From contig CAVTDB010000003.1 in the NCBI GenBank assembly GCA_963733375.1, positions 224,001-288,000 on the forward strand: 64,000 bases of DNA. The letters are read 5' to 3'. The notes beneath the pieces were generated by a model. It saw only the letters and a list, made by a program, of their open reading frames with translations, was not told the DNA's origin and ran no database searches. Shown piece by piece: positions 46,822-55,359 of this stretch (positions are counted from its first letter, which is position 1; every line of letters begins with the position of its first letter). Source of the stretch: Nitrospirota bacterium (GTDB lineage: Bacteria > Nitrospirota > JACRHJ01). The position numbers and the translations under genes are program-made.

Positions 46822-47628
46822 ATGGTTCGATTAAAAGTAAATGAGCGGTTCGTGGAATTCAAGGAGCCGCCGAAGCTTATGGAGGTCCGCGCCAAGTATA
46901 AACCCGGCTCGGACCTTACTATTTTAAACGGCTTCCCCACCCAGGAAAACCCTGTCCTGCACGATGGAGATAACATCGTGTTCATAAGGAAAGGGGCCAT
47001 GCCTTCCAGGGAAGAACTGGAGGCCCTTATGACGGCGCGCCATACCCCGGGCGTGCACGAGGTGGTCAAGAAGGCGCGGGTCGGGGTAGCGGGGCTCGGA
47101 GGGCTTGGCTCGGTCGTCGCCGTGGCCCTGGCAAGGCTTGGAGTCGGCGAACTGGTCATCGTGGACTATGACATGGTGGAACCGAGCAACTTGAACCGGC
47201 AGCAGTATTTCATAGACCAGATAGGGAAGCCCAAGACGGAGGCGATGGAAGAAAACCTCCGCAGGATCAATCCCTACGTAAAGGTATCGTCGCACAAGAC
47301 GGTCCTGACGGAAAAGAATATCCCGGAATATTTCTGCAAGGTAAGCGTGCTGGTCGAGGCGTTCGACAAGGCGGAGGCGAAGGCGATGCTCTTGAATACC
47401 ATGGCCGAGCACTGTCCGGACGTGCCGGTGGTGACCGCCTCCGGCGTGGCGGGGCATGGGCCTTCCAATTCGATAAAGACAATGCCGTTCGGCAAATATT
47501 TCATAGTCGGCGACCAGGAGTCGGAGGCGGCGGCAGGCCAGGGGCTGATGGCGCCCAGGGTAGGCATCGCGGCGCACCACCAGGCAAATTGCGTGCTTAG
47601 AATTTTATTGGGTGAACCGGGAGAATAA
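46822..47628 (+). CDS. thiF: sulfur-carrier adenylyltransferase ThiF with N-terminal ThiS-like domain
   Basis: GLGGLGS, D.VEPSNLNRQ, EAFD and MAPRVGIAA.HQAN. Confidence 0.9.
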   Translation: MVRLKVNERFVEFKEPPKLMEVRAKYKPGSDLTILNGFPTQENPVLHDGDNIVFIRKGAMPSREELEALMTARHTPGVHEVVKKARVGVAGLGGLGSVVAVALARLGVGELVIVDYDMVEPSNLNRQQYFIDQIGKPKTEAMEENLRRINPYVKVSSHKTVLTEKNIPEYFCKVSVLVEAFDKAEAKAMLLNTMAEHCPDVPVVTASGVAGHGPSNSIKTMPFGKYFIVGDQESEAAAGQGLMAPRVGIAAHHQANCVLRILLGEPGE

Positions 47629-47730
47629 ACCGTTACTTTCTTTTGCGAAAAAGAAAAGTAACACAAAGAAAACGGGAACAAGTTTAAAAGTTTTTGGCGT
47701 TACCTTTTTCCCAAAAAGGTAACAAGTTTT
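47627..47730 (+). repeat. REPIN-like double-hairpin element, copy 8
   Basis: AAACC-GTTACTTTCTTTT/AAAAGAAAAGTAAC...GTTACCTTTTT/AAAAAGGTAAC. Confidence 0.93.
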
Positions 47731-47750
47731 AGGTTTTTCGGAGGCGGTTT

Positions 47751-49108
47751 GTGAAAGATATTTTAAACGACGTGGAGGCCGCGCTTAAAGAGGCGAAGGC
47801 TCCTTCCCGTCTGGAAGTTGACGCGATCCTCGCTCGCGCGGGTGAGCTTAAGGGGTTGTCCATCCGGGACGCGGCTGCGCTTTTGATGGCCGAAGACGAA
47901 GACACGGTAGCGGCCATCCGCGAAAAAGCGGCGGAAGTGAAGGAGGCTGTATTCGGCCCGCGCGTGGTGCTTTTCGCCCCGTTGTATTTATCGAATTACT
48001 GCTCCAACGACTGCCTGTACTGCGGTTTCAGGAAGTCCAATTCCCTGGCCCGCAGAAAAGCCCTGTCTCCGGACGAAGCGGTGGAGCAGGCGAAAATCCT
48101 GTCACGGATGGGTTTCAAGAGGATTATCCTGGTGGCGGGCGAGCACCCGCGCCATTCCGGGGTCGATTATTTAGTTGAAGTCGCGCGCGAAATTTACTCC
48201 CGGACGGACGTGAGGATACTGCACGTGAACTCCGCCCCGGTTTCGGTGGAGGATTTCAGGAAAATCAAGGCGGCGGGTTACGGCGTGTATCAATGCTTTC
48301 AGGAGACCTACCACAGGGAAAGCTATAAATTTTTGCACCCGACCGGCAAAAAATCGGATTTCCTCTACCGGCTGTCCGCGATGGACAGGGCGCTCGAAGC
48401 GGGTTTCGGCGACGTGGGGATAGGGCCGCTTCTGGGCCTGTACGATTACCATTACGACGCCCTGGCGGCAATAGCCCACTCGAAGCACCTGGAGGCGACC
48501 TTCGGCGCTAGCGCCCATACCATTTCCGTGCCGCGCCTGCGTCCGGCGGAAGGCGCCGGGATTAAGGACGCCCCTTATCCCGTCAGCGACGAAGAGTTTA
48601 AAAAGGTAGTCGCGGTATACCGCCTTTCCGTCCCGCAGGCGGGGGTGGTGATATCCACGCGCGAACCGGCGAAGCTCCGGGAAGAATCCCTGTCTTGCGG
48701 CGCGTCCCAGATATCCGCCGGCTCATCGACCGAGCCGGGAGGCTATGACAAGGGCGACCATAGCACGGCGCAGTTCGACTTAGCGGACCACCGCCCGCTT
48801 AATGAAATGGTGAGGATAATCGCTGAGGCGGGGCTTCTGCCGTCGCTTTGCACGGCCTGTTACCGGAGCGGAAGGCAGGGGCCGGATTTTCTGAATACGG
48901 CCTCGTCCGGGAAACTGAAAGAACTCTGTACGGCAAACGCGCTTCTGTCGTTAAAGGAATACCTGCTGGACGTGGGGCCGGACGGGCGGGAGAGACGTCG
49001 AGGCCGCGCTTGAAAGTTTCCTGGACGGATTCACAGGACCTCTTCGGGAAGACCTGAAACAGAAAATGGAAATGATTCAAGGAAGGCAAGAGAGATATAC
49101 ATTACTAG
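47751..49108 (+). CDS. HydG/ThiH-family tyrosine lyase radical SAM protein with the HydG-type C-terminal cluster motif (C-terminal frameshifts)
   Basis: FAPLYLSNYCSNDCLYCGF, FQETYH, HTISVPR, ISTRE, C-terminal CTAC-x22-C; the shifted frame ends GKRDIHY*. Confidence 0.85.
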
Positions 49109-49143
49109 AGCCCGCGGCTTGACTATCTGCCTTTCAAAAAGAC

Positions 49144-49172
49144 TTGATTATCTCAAAATCGCCAATTATAAT
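49144..49172 (+). promoter_or_regulatory. sigma70 promoter giving a leaderless thiS transcript
   Basis: TTGATT-17bp-TATAAT, 7 nt before ATG 49180. Confidence 0.6.
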
Positions 49173-49179
49173 CCAAGAC

Positions 49180-49383
49180 ATGAGAATTTCCGTAAACGGC
49201 GAGCCGCTTGAGACCAGCCCGGACGTGGGGACGGTGGGGGAGCTTTTATGCTCCCTGGGGCTATCCGAGCGGCGTGTGGCCGTGGAGCACAACCGGGTGA
49301 TACTCCCCAAAAACGCTTACGCCGAAACCGCGATAAGCGAGGGAGACGCGCTCGAAATCCTCAGCTTCGTCGGCGGCGGCTGA
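49180..49383 (+). CDS. thiS: sulfur carrier protein ThiS
   Basis: MRISVNGE, VAVEHN and C-terminal EILSFVGGG. Confidence 0.93.
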   Translation: MRISVNGEPLETSPDVGTVGELLCSLGLSERRVAVEHNRVILPKNAYAETAISEGDALEILSFVGGG

Positions 49384-49486
49384 CCGGCTGAGCCGGGGGG
49401 GGCCGGGGGCAGGGGCGCGCGTGGATGCAGGCATGGCGCTGACACGCACCGCCTGAAAAATCCTCAGCTTCGTCGGCGGCGGCTGA
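49355..49486 (+). repeat. perfect 29-bp direct repeat (49355-49383 and 49458-49486)
   Basis: AAATCCTCAGCTTCGTCGGCGGCGGCTGA occurs twice, separated by 74 bp. Confidence 0.95.
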
Positions 49487-50699
49487 GCAGGGCGAAGGCC
49501 TCGATATGGTACGTCTGCGGGAAGAAATCCACCATCCGTAAAGATTCCACTGAATAGTCGTCTTGAAATTTATTTAAGTCTCGGGCTAACGTCGCGGGGT
49601 TGCAGGATACGTAGGCAATCATGCCCGGCATAATTGACAGAATTTTCCCGATACCCGCCTCCGATATGCCCGCGCGTGGCGGGTCCGCTATAACGGCATC
49701 GAACTTCTCACGGATGTTAAAACCGTCCACGCTTACGCTGACGAACTGGCAGTTCTCAATTTTATTCAGCTTCACGTTCTCTTTTCCGTCTTTGACGGAA
49801 GACCGCCCCTCCTCCACCGCGACCACCTTCCGGGCTAGGCGCGAGACGGGCAGCGAGAAATTTCCAGCGCCTGCATAGAGGTCGAGCACGGCCTTTCCCG
49901 CAACCGGTTTCAGACTTTCAAGTACGAGGTCAACAAGGGCGCGGTTAAGGCTCCAGTTGGCCTGGAAAAAACTCTCGGACGAAACGGAATATTTTATACC
50001 GTCCAGTTCGAGGTTCAATTTACCGGCCCCGAAATGCAGCGGCTGTTTCCCTTCGATCTCCACGCGGACTCCCGAAAAACCCCCGCCCAGCAAATCCTTC
50101 GAAACATCCTTCCAGACATGCCTGGTGGAGGACGGGACTTTTATCAGCGCGAGGGTTTTATCACCACGGCAGATATGCAGCTCCTGAGCGTCCGTGTTTT
50201 TAAGGAGCCTTTTCGCATTTATGAAGACCTCGTTTATCTCATCGACCATCAGCGGGCAGGAGCTTATGTCCACCAGGTCCCGCGAGTGCTCCCTGAAATA
50301 GCCGACCCGCCCGCCTGATATTTTGAACTGGCCCCTGTGCCGGTAGTTCCAGGCTCTCCCCGTCAGCGGCTCGGAAAGGGATAACTCCATTTTCCCTATC
50401 CTCTTAAGCGCCGATTTCAGGACTTCCTCTTTCAGGCCTACCTGCATCGGGTATGAGGCATACTGGACCTGGCATCCGCCGCAGACGCCGAAGTAGGGGC
50501 AGGGAGGCTCCACCCGCTCAGGCGAGGGCTCCAAAATCTTCCGTGCAATGGCGACCGAATAGTCTTTTTTCTCATCGAGTACCTCCGCCTCCACGGTCTC
50601 GCCGGGGATAGCGCCCTTGAGCATCACCACTTTGCCGTCCAGCCTCGCCACGGTATAGCCGCCGTACGCGGGCGGACCTGCTGTAAGTTTTATTTTCAT
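49464..50699 (-). CDS. rlmD: 23S rRNA m5U methyltransferase (RlmD/TrmA family, TRAM domain and FeS cluster)
   Basis: CPYFGVCGGC, FFQAN, DLYAGAG, DPPRAG, YVSCNPATLARD and DFFPQT. Confidence 0.9.
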   Translation of the reverse strand: MKIKLTAGPPAYGGYTVARLDGKVVMLKGAIPGETVEAEVLDEKKDYSVAIARKILEPSPERVEPPCPYFGVCGGCQVQYASYPMQVGLKEEVLKSALKRIGKMELSLSEPLTGRAWNYRHRGQFKISGGRVGYFREHSRDLVDISSCPLMVDEINEVFINAKRLLKNTDAQELHICRGDKTLALIKVPSSTRHVWKDVSKDLLGGGFSGVRVEIEGKQPLHFGAGKLNLELDGIKYSVSSESFFQANWSLNRALVDLVLESLKPVAGKAVLDLYAGAGNFSLPVSRLARKVVAVEEGRSSVKDGKENVKLNKIENCQFVSVSVDGFNIREKFDAVIADPPRAGISEAGIGKILSIMPGMIAYVSCNPATLARDLNKFQDDYSVESLRMVDFFPQTYHIEAFALLSRRRRS

Positions 50700-50730
50700 G
50701 GATTTTTATATACGATTAAATCGCCGGATT

Positions 50731-50866
50731 TCCGTATTCCCGAATGATTTAATCCTATTTGTCCGTCATTCCCGAGATGATTTACCTGTCCAGAGCGATA
50801 GCGAAGACAGAATGATTTAATCGGGAATCCAGGGTTTGATTTAAATTCCCGGATTCCCGCTTTCGT
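50731..50866. repeat. CGTC-type REP cluster with a 36-bp insertion (50775-50810)
   Basis: CGTCATTCCCG[36 bp]AATGATTTAATCGGGAATCCAG, plus a partial upstream copy and a truncated inverted partner GGATTCCCGCTTTCG. Confidence 0.75.
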
Positions 50867-50951
50867 CCGAGTTTGCTGTCGGGGGGAGCATTCTCTCCGA
50901 AAAATTATTATTCACAATTTCGCTTTAAGCCGCGTGAGTTTTATTTTACGT

Positions 50952-51749
50952 TCAAGATAATTTTTCTCCGAGAACGCTCCCCCCTCCCTCTTGCCTCTTC
51001 CTTTGCCGCTCGTCGCGCATATCTTTTCGCCGGTCCCAGGCGGACGGGTCTTCCGAGGCGGTAAGCGCCTTCCCCACCACAATTATTTTGAAGGCGTCCT
51101 CGTCCGCGAACCACTCCGGGTCAACGTCCTTTGCAAGCCTCTCGATTGTGGTATTTATAATCCCCTCGCCCGGCAGGGAAATCCGCGAGACTATCGCGAC
51201 CGGCGTATCGGAGTTATATCCTTCCAGCAGCTCGTATGTCAACTCTTCCGGCCTTTTGTTATTCATGAAGAGCACCATCGTTGCCTGGTGCCTGGAGAGC
51301 GCCCCGATAGTATCGGGACTGCCCTCTACGGTCTTTGGGGATGTTGCGATGACGGAATGGGCTGCGCCGGAGATGACGAACGTCCTTTTAAGCGCCGCCG
51401 AGGCCGCGTTAAGAACGCCGACGCCCGGGATTACTTCCGCGTCCGGGTAACGCGCGATTATGGACTGCACGGGCGAGAAAATGGCCAGGTCTCCGGGCAC
51501 TAAAAATACCGCGTCTTGCCCCTTCGCCAGCACGGAATCGATCTTCTCTGTCAGCTCCTTAAAATGGAAATCGAACGGGTCGTAATATTCCTTGCCTTCA
51601 AGCAGCGCGGCATAAGAGTCCTTGAAATGTCCCGGCGCGAACACGAGCGAGGCATTTTTCAATACCTCCATCCCGCGCAAAGTCAGAAGCTCCGGGTCCC
51701 CCGGCCCCCCGCCCACGAACCACAGCTTGCCGCATATGCTGTCAGACAT
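50952..51749 (-). CDS. cbiF: precorrin-4/cobalt-precorrin-4 C11-methyltransferase-like tetrapyrrole methylase
   Basis: FVGGGPGDPELLTLRG, GD..IFS, VIPGV and HQATMVLF..TPVAIV.R.S.P.E. Confidence 0.7.
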   Translation of the reverse strand: MSDSICGKLWFVGGGPGDPELLTLRGMEVLKNASLVFAPGHFKDSYAALLEGKEYYDPFDFHFKELTEKIDSVLAKGQDAVFLVPGDLAIFSPVQSIIARYPDAEVIPGVGVLNAASAALKRTFVISGAAHSVIATSPKTVEGSPDTIGALSRHQATMVLFMNNKRPEELTYELLEGYNSDTPVAIVSRISLPGEGIINTTIERLAKDVDPEWFADEDAFKIIVVGKALTASEDPSAWDRRKDMRDERQRKRQEGGGSVLGEKLS

Positions 51750-51783
51750 TAAAATTTTCCTCGATTTTTATTTCCTTAAAGCA

Positions 51784-51883
51784 CGTCATTCCCGCGCACG
51801 CGGGGAAAGATTTACCTGTCCAGAGCGAAACGGTTTACCTGTCCAGAGCGGAAGCGAAGACAGATAGCGAAGACAGAATCCAG
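51784..51883. repeat. CGTC-type REP with two nested 36-bp insertions
   Basis: CGTCATTCCCGCGCACGCGGG[72 bp, one 36-bp unit inside another]AATCCAG. Confidence 0.85.
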
Positions 51884-51938
51884 CGACTTTAAAAATAGGG
51901 GATGTGTCCCTAATTTTTCTAATTTCTAAATTTTCTTG

Positions 51939-52757
51939 TTAGATAATTTTCACGTTAATTTTAAAATATGGATAATAGCGGTCGCTTTTTTCTTGAAAAT
52001 CGATAATTGACGTGCCTGGTTTCTCTCCAATAAAAACCCATTGCCAGACGAAAGAGTGGGGTGATTTATATGTTCCGAGCAATTTTAATTGTTTGTTGTC
52101 ATAACTTTTTAATTCAAGATCCATAGCAGCACCTAAATGAAGTTCTAACATTAATCCCTGTCCCGGCTTAATTGCAACATTCTCTTCTCCGTCTTCCGCC
52201 CGTTTTTTAGTTACTACTAATGGCGGCTCGCTTAACCCGTATTTTTTTGTTTCTTCCAATTTGATTGTTTCAATATTTTTTTCTTCTGCATTAATTAGCT
52301 TGTTTAATAGGGGTGTCTTTTTTTCGGGGGCGTCAACATCCAGAGATTTAATCTCATCCAAATTTTCCTGTCTTTCAATTTTTTCCTTTAATTCAGATAA
52401 TTCAACAGGTATAAATTTTTGCTTAGGCCATTGTGGGACTGTTTGATATCCATAACCTGGTTTAAAAATTCTAAACATCGGCGCTCCTATTCCATCGATT
52501 AAAGGAATACTAAAACCTATAAACAATGGTATTTTAAATTCACCATTCTTGTCAGTCAAAGTTTCCTTTGCATCATAGAAATCTGTAAACCCGCTGCCCA
52601 AAGCTGCATGGAACTCATCCCAAATAGCTACGACTACTGCCCCATCAATAGGCTCTTTAGTCTTTGCGTCTATTACTTTTCCCTTCCAGGGGCCTTGTAC
52701 ACTAGCGCAGCCAAAAAATAACAAAAGGACAAACAGAAGAAGTACCTTTTTCCCCAT
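51939..52757 (-). CDS. AT-rich hypothetical lipoprotein (N-terminal carboxypeptidase-regulatory-like beta domain)
   Basis: SD GAGGT before ATG 52757; lipobox FFGC; GKVIDAKTKEPIDGAVV; much lower GC than its neighbours. Confidence 0.65.
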   Translation of the reverse strand: MGKKVLLLFVLLLFFGCASVQGPWKGKVIDAKTKEPIDGAVVVAIWDEFHAALGSGFTDFYDAKETLTDKNGEFKIPLFIGFSIPLIDGIGAPMFRIFKPGYGYQTVPQWPKQKFIPVELSELKEKIERQENLDEIKSLDVDAPEKKTPLLNKLINAEEKNIETIKLEETKKYGLSEPPLVVTKKRAEDGEENVAIKPGQGLMLELHLGAAMDLELKSYDNKQLKLLGTYKSPHSFVWQWVFIGEKPGTSIIDFQEKSDRYYPYFKINVKII

Positions 52758-53154
52758 GATTACCTCATTTGTTTTCCTGCTCTTAATAGCCCTTCCTGTT
52801 TTCCGCCCCAACCCATCATTCCTTAACGCCAATCAATATATAAATGGCTCATGCGCCGAATTTTATCGGGTATCAAAAAACGGCCATTTTTACCGGTTTT
52901 GACGCTATTTCTGGGGGTCCGGGAGGGGTTTTGGAGGCATCGTTTTTAAAAGGGAGTTGCGCCATTTTACCTTTATTTAACAAACAGATACGCCTCTAAA
53001 AACGTCCATTTTCAGGGTGCGTGGAAACACCGTTTCCGTTTTTGCAACCGGCTGATTTTAAACGAATTTTTTTCCGGCCTCGACGGACTTTCCGGCAGCC
53101 GCATCCCTTTAATCAAAGATTATTTATTTGAGCGAATTTAAGTACCCGCCCAAA

Positions 53155-53907
53155 TTACTGGACCAACCCCTGCACGATAAAGGGCCTTACCGGGTTTCTC
53201 CAGGAGTTGGAGCGGATGGTCAGCACCTCCTGGAAATTGCCTTTCTGGATCTTGGGAGCTATCGTCACATCCATTGTTCTTGATTTCGCCGGGTTTGACC
53301 GTCACGGCGGTCTTCGTCGTCTGGCCGCTTTCCGCCTTCACGCCGTCGATATCGGCCTGTATGCCCGGGGTGGCGTCTATCTGGTTTATTACGAGGTCCA
53401 TCTGCCCGGGATTTGAAATTGTTATGCTCCTCTGCGCGCTGCCCCCCGGCGGGAACCTGAATGTTTGCAAGCATATAGACGGAGAGGGCGATGTCCGGGC
53501 GCAGGCTTGGCCTTTACATTTGCGCTAAGAATAAGGCTGACATTTCCGGTTTTCACGTCGTTTGTCTGGACGTTTATGAACTTCCGGATCTGGCCGCTGG
53601 CGTTTCGCGAGTTATAGATCGCCTGGACAGTCGCGGTCTTGCCGGGGGCTATGATCTTGGAGCTTAAGTTTGCTATGGTGCAGCCGCAGGTCGGCCTTAC
53701 ATCGTAAATGATAAGGTCGGCATCGCCCGCGTTTTTTATGGTGAATGTGGCATTCGCCTTTACGCCTTCGTCAATCGTCCCCAGGTTAACCGTCGCGGGC
53801 GTTATCTCGACTTTGGGCATGGCCTGCCCGGCGGTCGCGGTCGCACAGAACGAAATTGTTAAAAATAAGGCCGCAACCGCGCAAATCAATGCCGCTTTCT
53901 CTCTCAT
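53155..53907 (-). CDS. exported DUF1573 / Ig-like domain protein (frameshifted)
   Basis: Signal peptide; FTIKNAGDADLII..V.PTCGCT..IAPG motif; a second Ig-like repeat in the shifted frames. Confidence 0.75.
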
Positions 53908-53963
53908 GCCTAAACCCTCCTGGTTATTGTTACCCGGCCATAACGCACGGATTAAAATTATGA

Positions 53964-55342
53964 TTACAGCAGCCCGAACTTCTTCATACGCCTGCGGAAA
54001 GCGTCTCTCTGCACCCCCAGCAGGTCGGCCGCCTTGCTCTGGTTTCCGCCGGCTGCCGCAAGCGCCTGCTTTACGAGCTCCTCCTCGACCTTCTCGAGGG
54101 ACATCCCCTCCGTCGGGATATTTATGGAGGAAGCGGCCGATGAAGCGGCTGGCAGCATCCCGCCGACAAGCTCCACGGGCAGATGTTCGAGCAGGAGGAT
54201 ATCCTCGCTATTCGAGTATCATTGCGCGTTCTATGACATTTTTAAGCTCGCGGACGTTGCCCGGCCAGTCATAGCGGATAAGGAATTCCCTAGCCTTTTC
54301 CGATATCTCCTTGACGTTTTTTCGGAATTCCAGATTAAAAGTCTCAATGAAATGCCTTGCCAGGGGGAGTATATCCTCCTTGCGCTCCCTCAAGGGGGGG
54401 AGGTATATGGGCACAACCTGGAGGCGGTAGTACAGGTCCTTCCTGAACTTGTTCTCCATCATCAGGGTCTTTATTTCCTGGTTGGTGGCCGATATGATCC
54501 GGACGTCCACCTGTATGTCCTTCACGCCGCCGACCCTTTTAAAAGTCTTGTCCTCCAGTATCCTGAGGAGCTTGGCCTGCATCGGGTAGGGCATGTCCCC
54601 TATCTCGTCCAGGAAGACCGAACCGCCGTCCGCCAGTTCCAGAAGGCCCTTTTTCTGCGCCTTCGCATCGGTGAAGGCGCCTTTTTCGTGCCCTAACAGC
54701 TCCGACTCCAGGAGGTTCTCCGGGAGCGCGGCGCAGTTGATTGCCATGAACGGCTTTGTCCGCGCGGGAGCTGCCTGCATGGACCGCCCTGGCCACCAGC
54801 TCCTTTCCCGGTGCCGGACTCGCCCTGGATAAGGACGGTGCTGGCGTCGGACTGGGCTATCTTCTGGATCATGTCCAGGACGCCCTGGATGGCCCGGCTC
54901 TTGCCGATGATGTTATAGGAGCGGGCAGTGGTTCTTCTGCTGTTCCTTTAAGAGCTTTACCTCTTCCCGGAGCGAGACGGTCTCCAGCGCCTTATTTATG
55001 GTCAGCGTTATCTCGTCTAAGTTAAACGGCTTGCTGATATAGTCGTACGCGCCCAGTTTCATCGCCTTCACGGCGGTCTCCGAGCAGGCCGTGCGCCGTA
55101 ATCATTATGACGATGGTCTCTTTGTCTATCTCCTTTATCCTGCCCAGGACCTCAATCCCCTGGATGCCCGGGAGCTGGTTGTCCAGCAGCACCAGGTTCG
55201 GCATCAGGTCCGCTACCATCTGAAGGGCTTTTTCTCCATCCTCCGCGGTGTATACCTCATACCCCTCATGCCCTAGGTGCTGCTCCAATGTCCACCTGAT
55301 GAGGTGCTCGTCATCGACTACCAGTATCTTGGCTTTTTCCAT
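53964..55342 (-). CDS. sigma54-dependent response regulator (NtrC/AtoC family; frameshifted)
   Basis: Receiver ILVVDDE (ATG 55342); [24 protein letters not shown] and WPGNVREL; C-terminal Fis HTH. Confidence 0.92.
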
Positions 55343-55359
55343 TCCAGATCCCTCTTGCG

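Noticed and set aside
49384-49457. TPP riboswitch near the thi genes (GCTGAG...CCTGA)
   Set aside because: It lies downstream of thiS and lacks the conserved core spacing and the P4/P5 elements.
51750-51890. Cobalamin riboswitch upstream of cbiF
   Set aside because: The region is explained by the nested REP, and no B12 box is visible.
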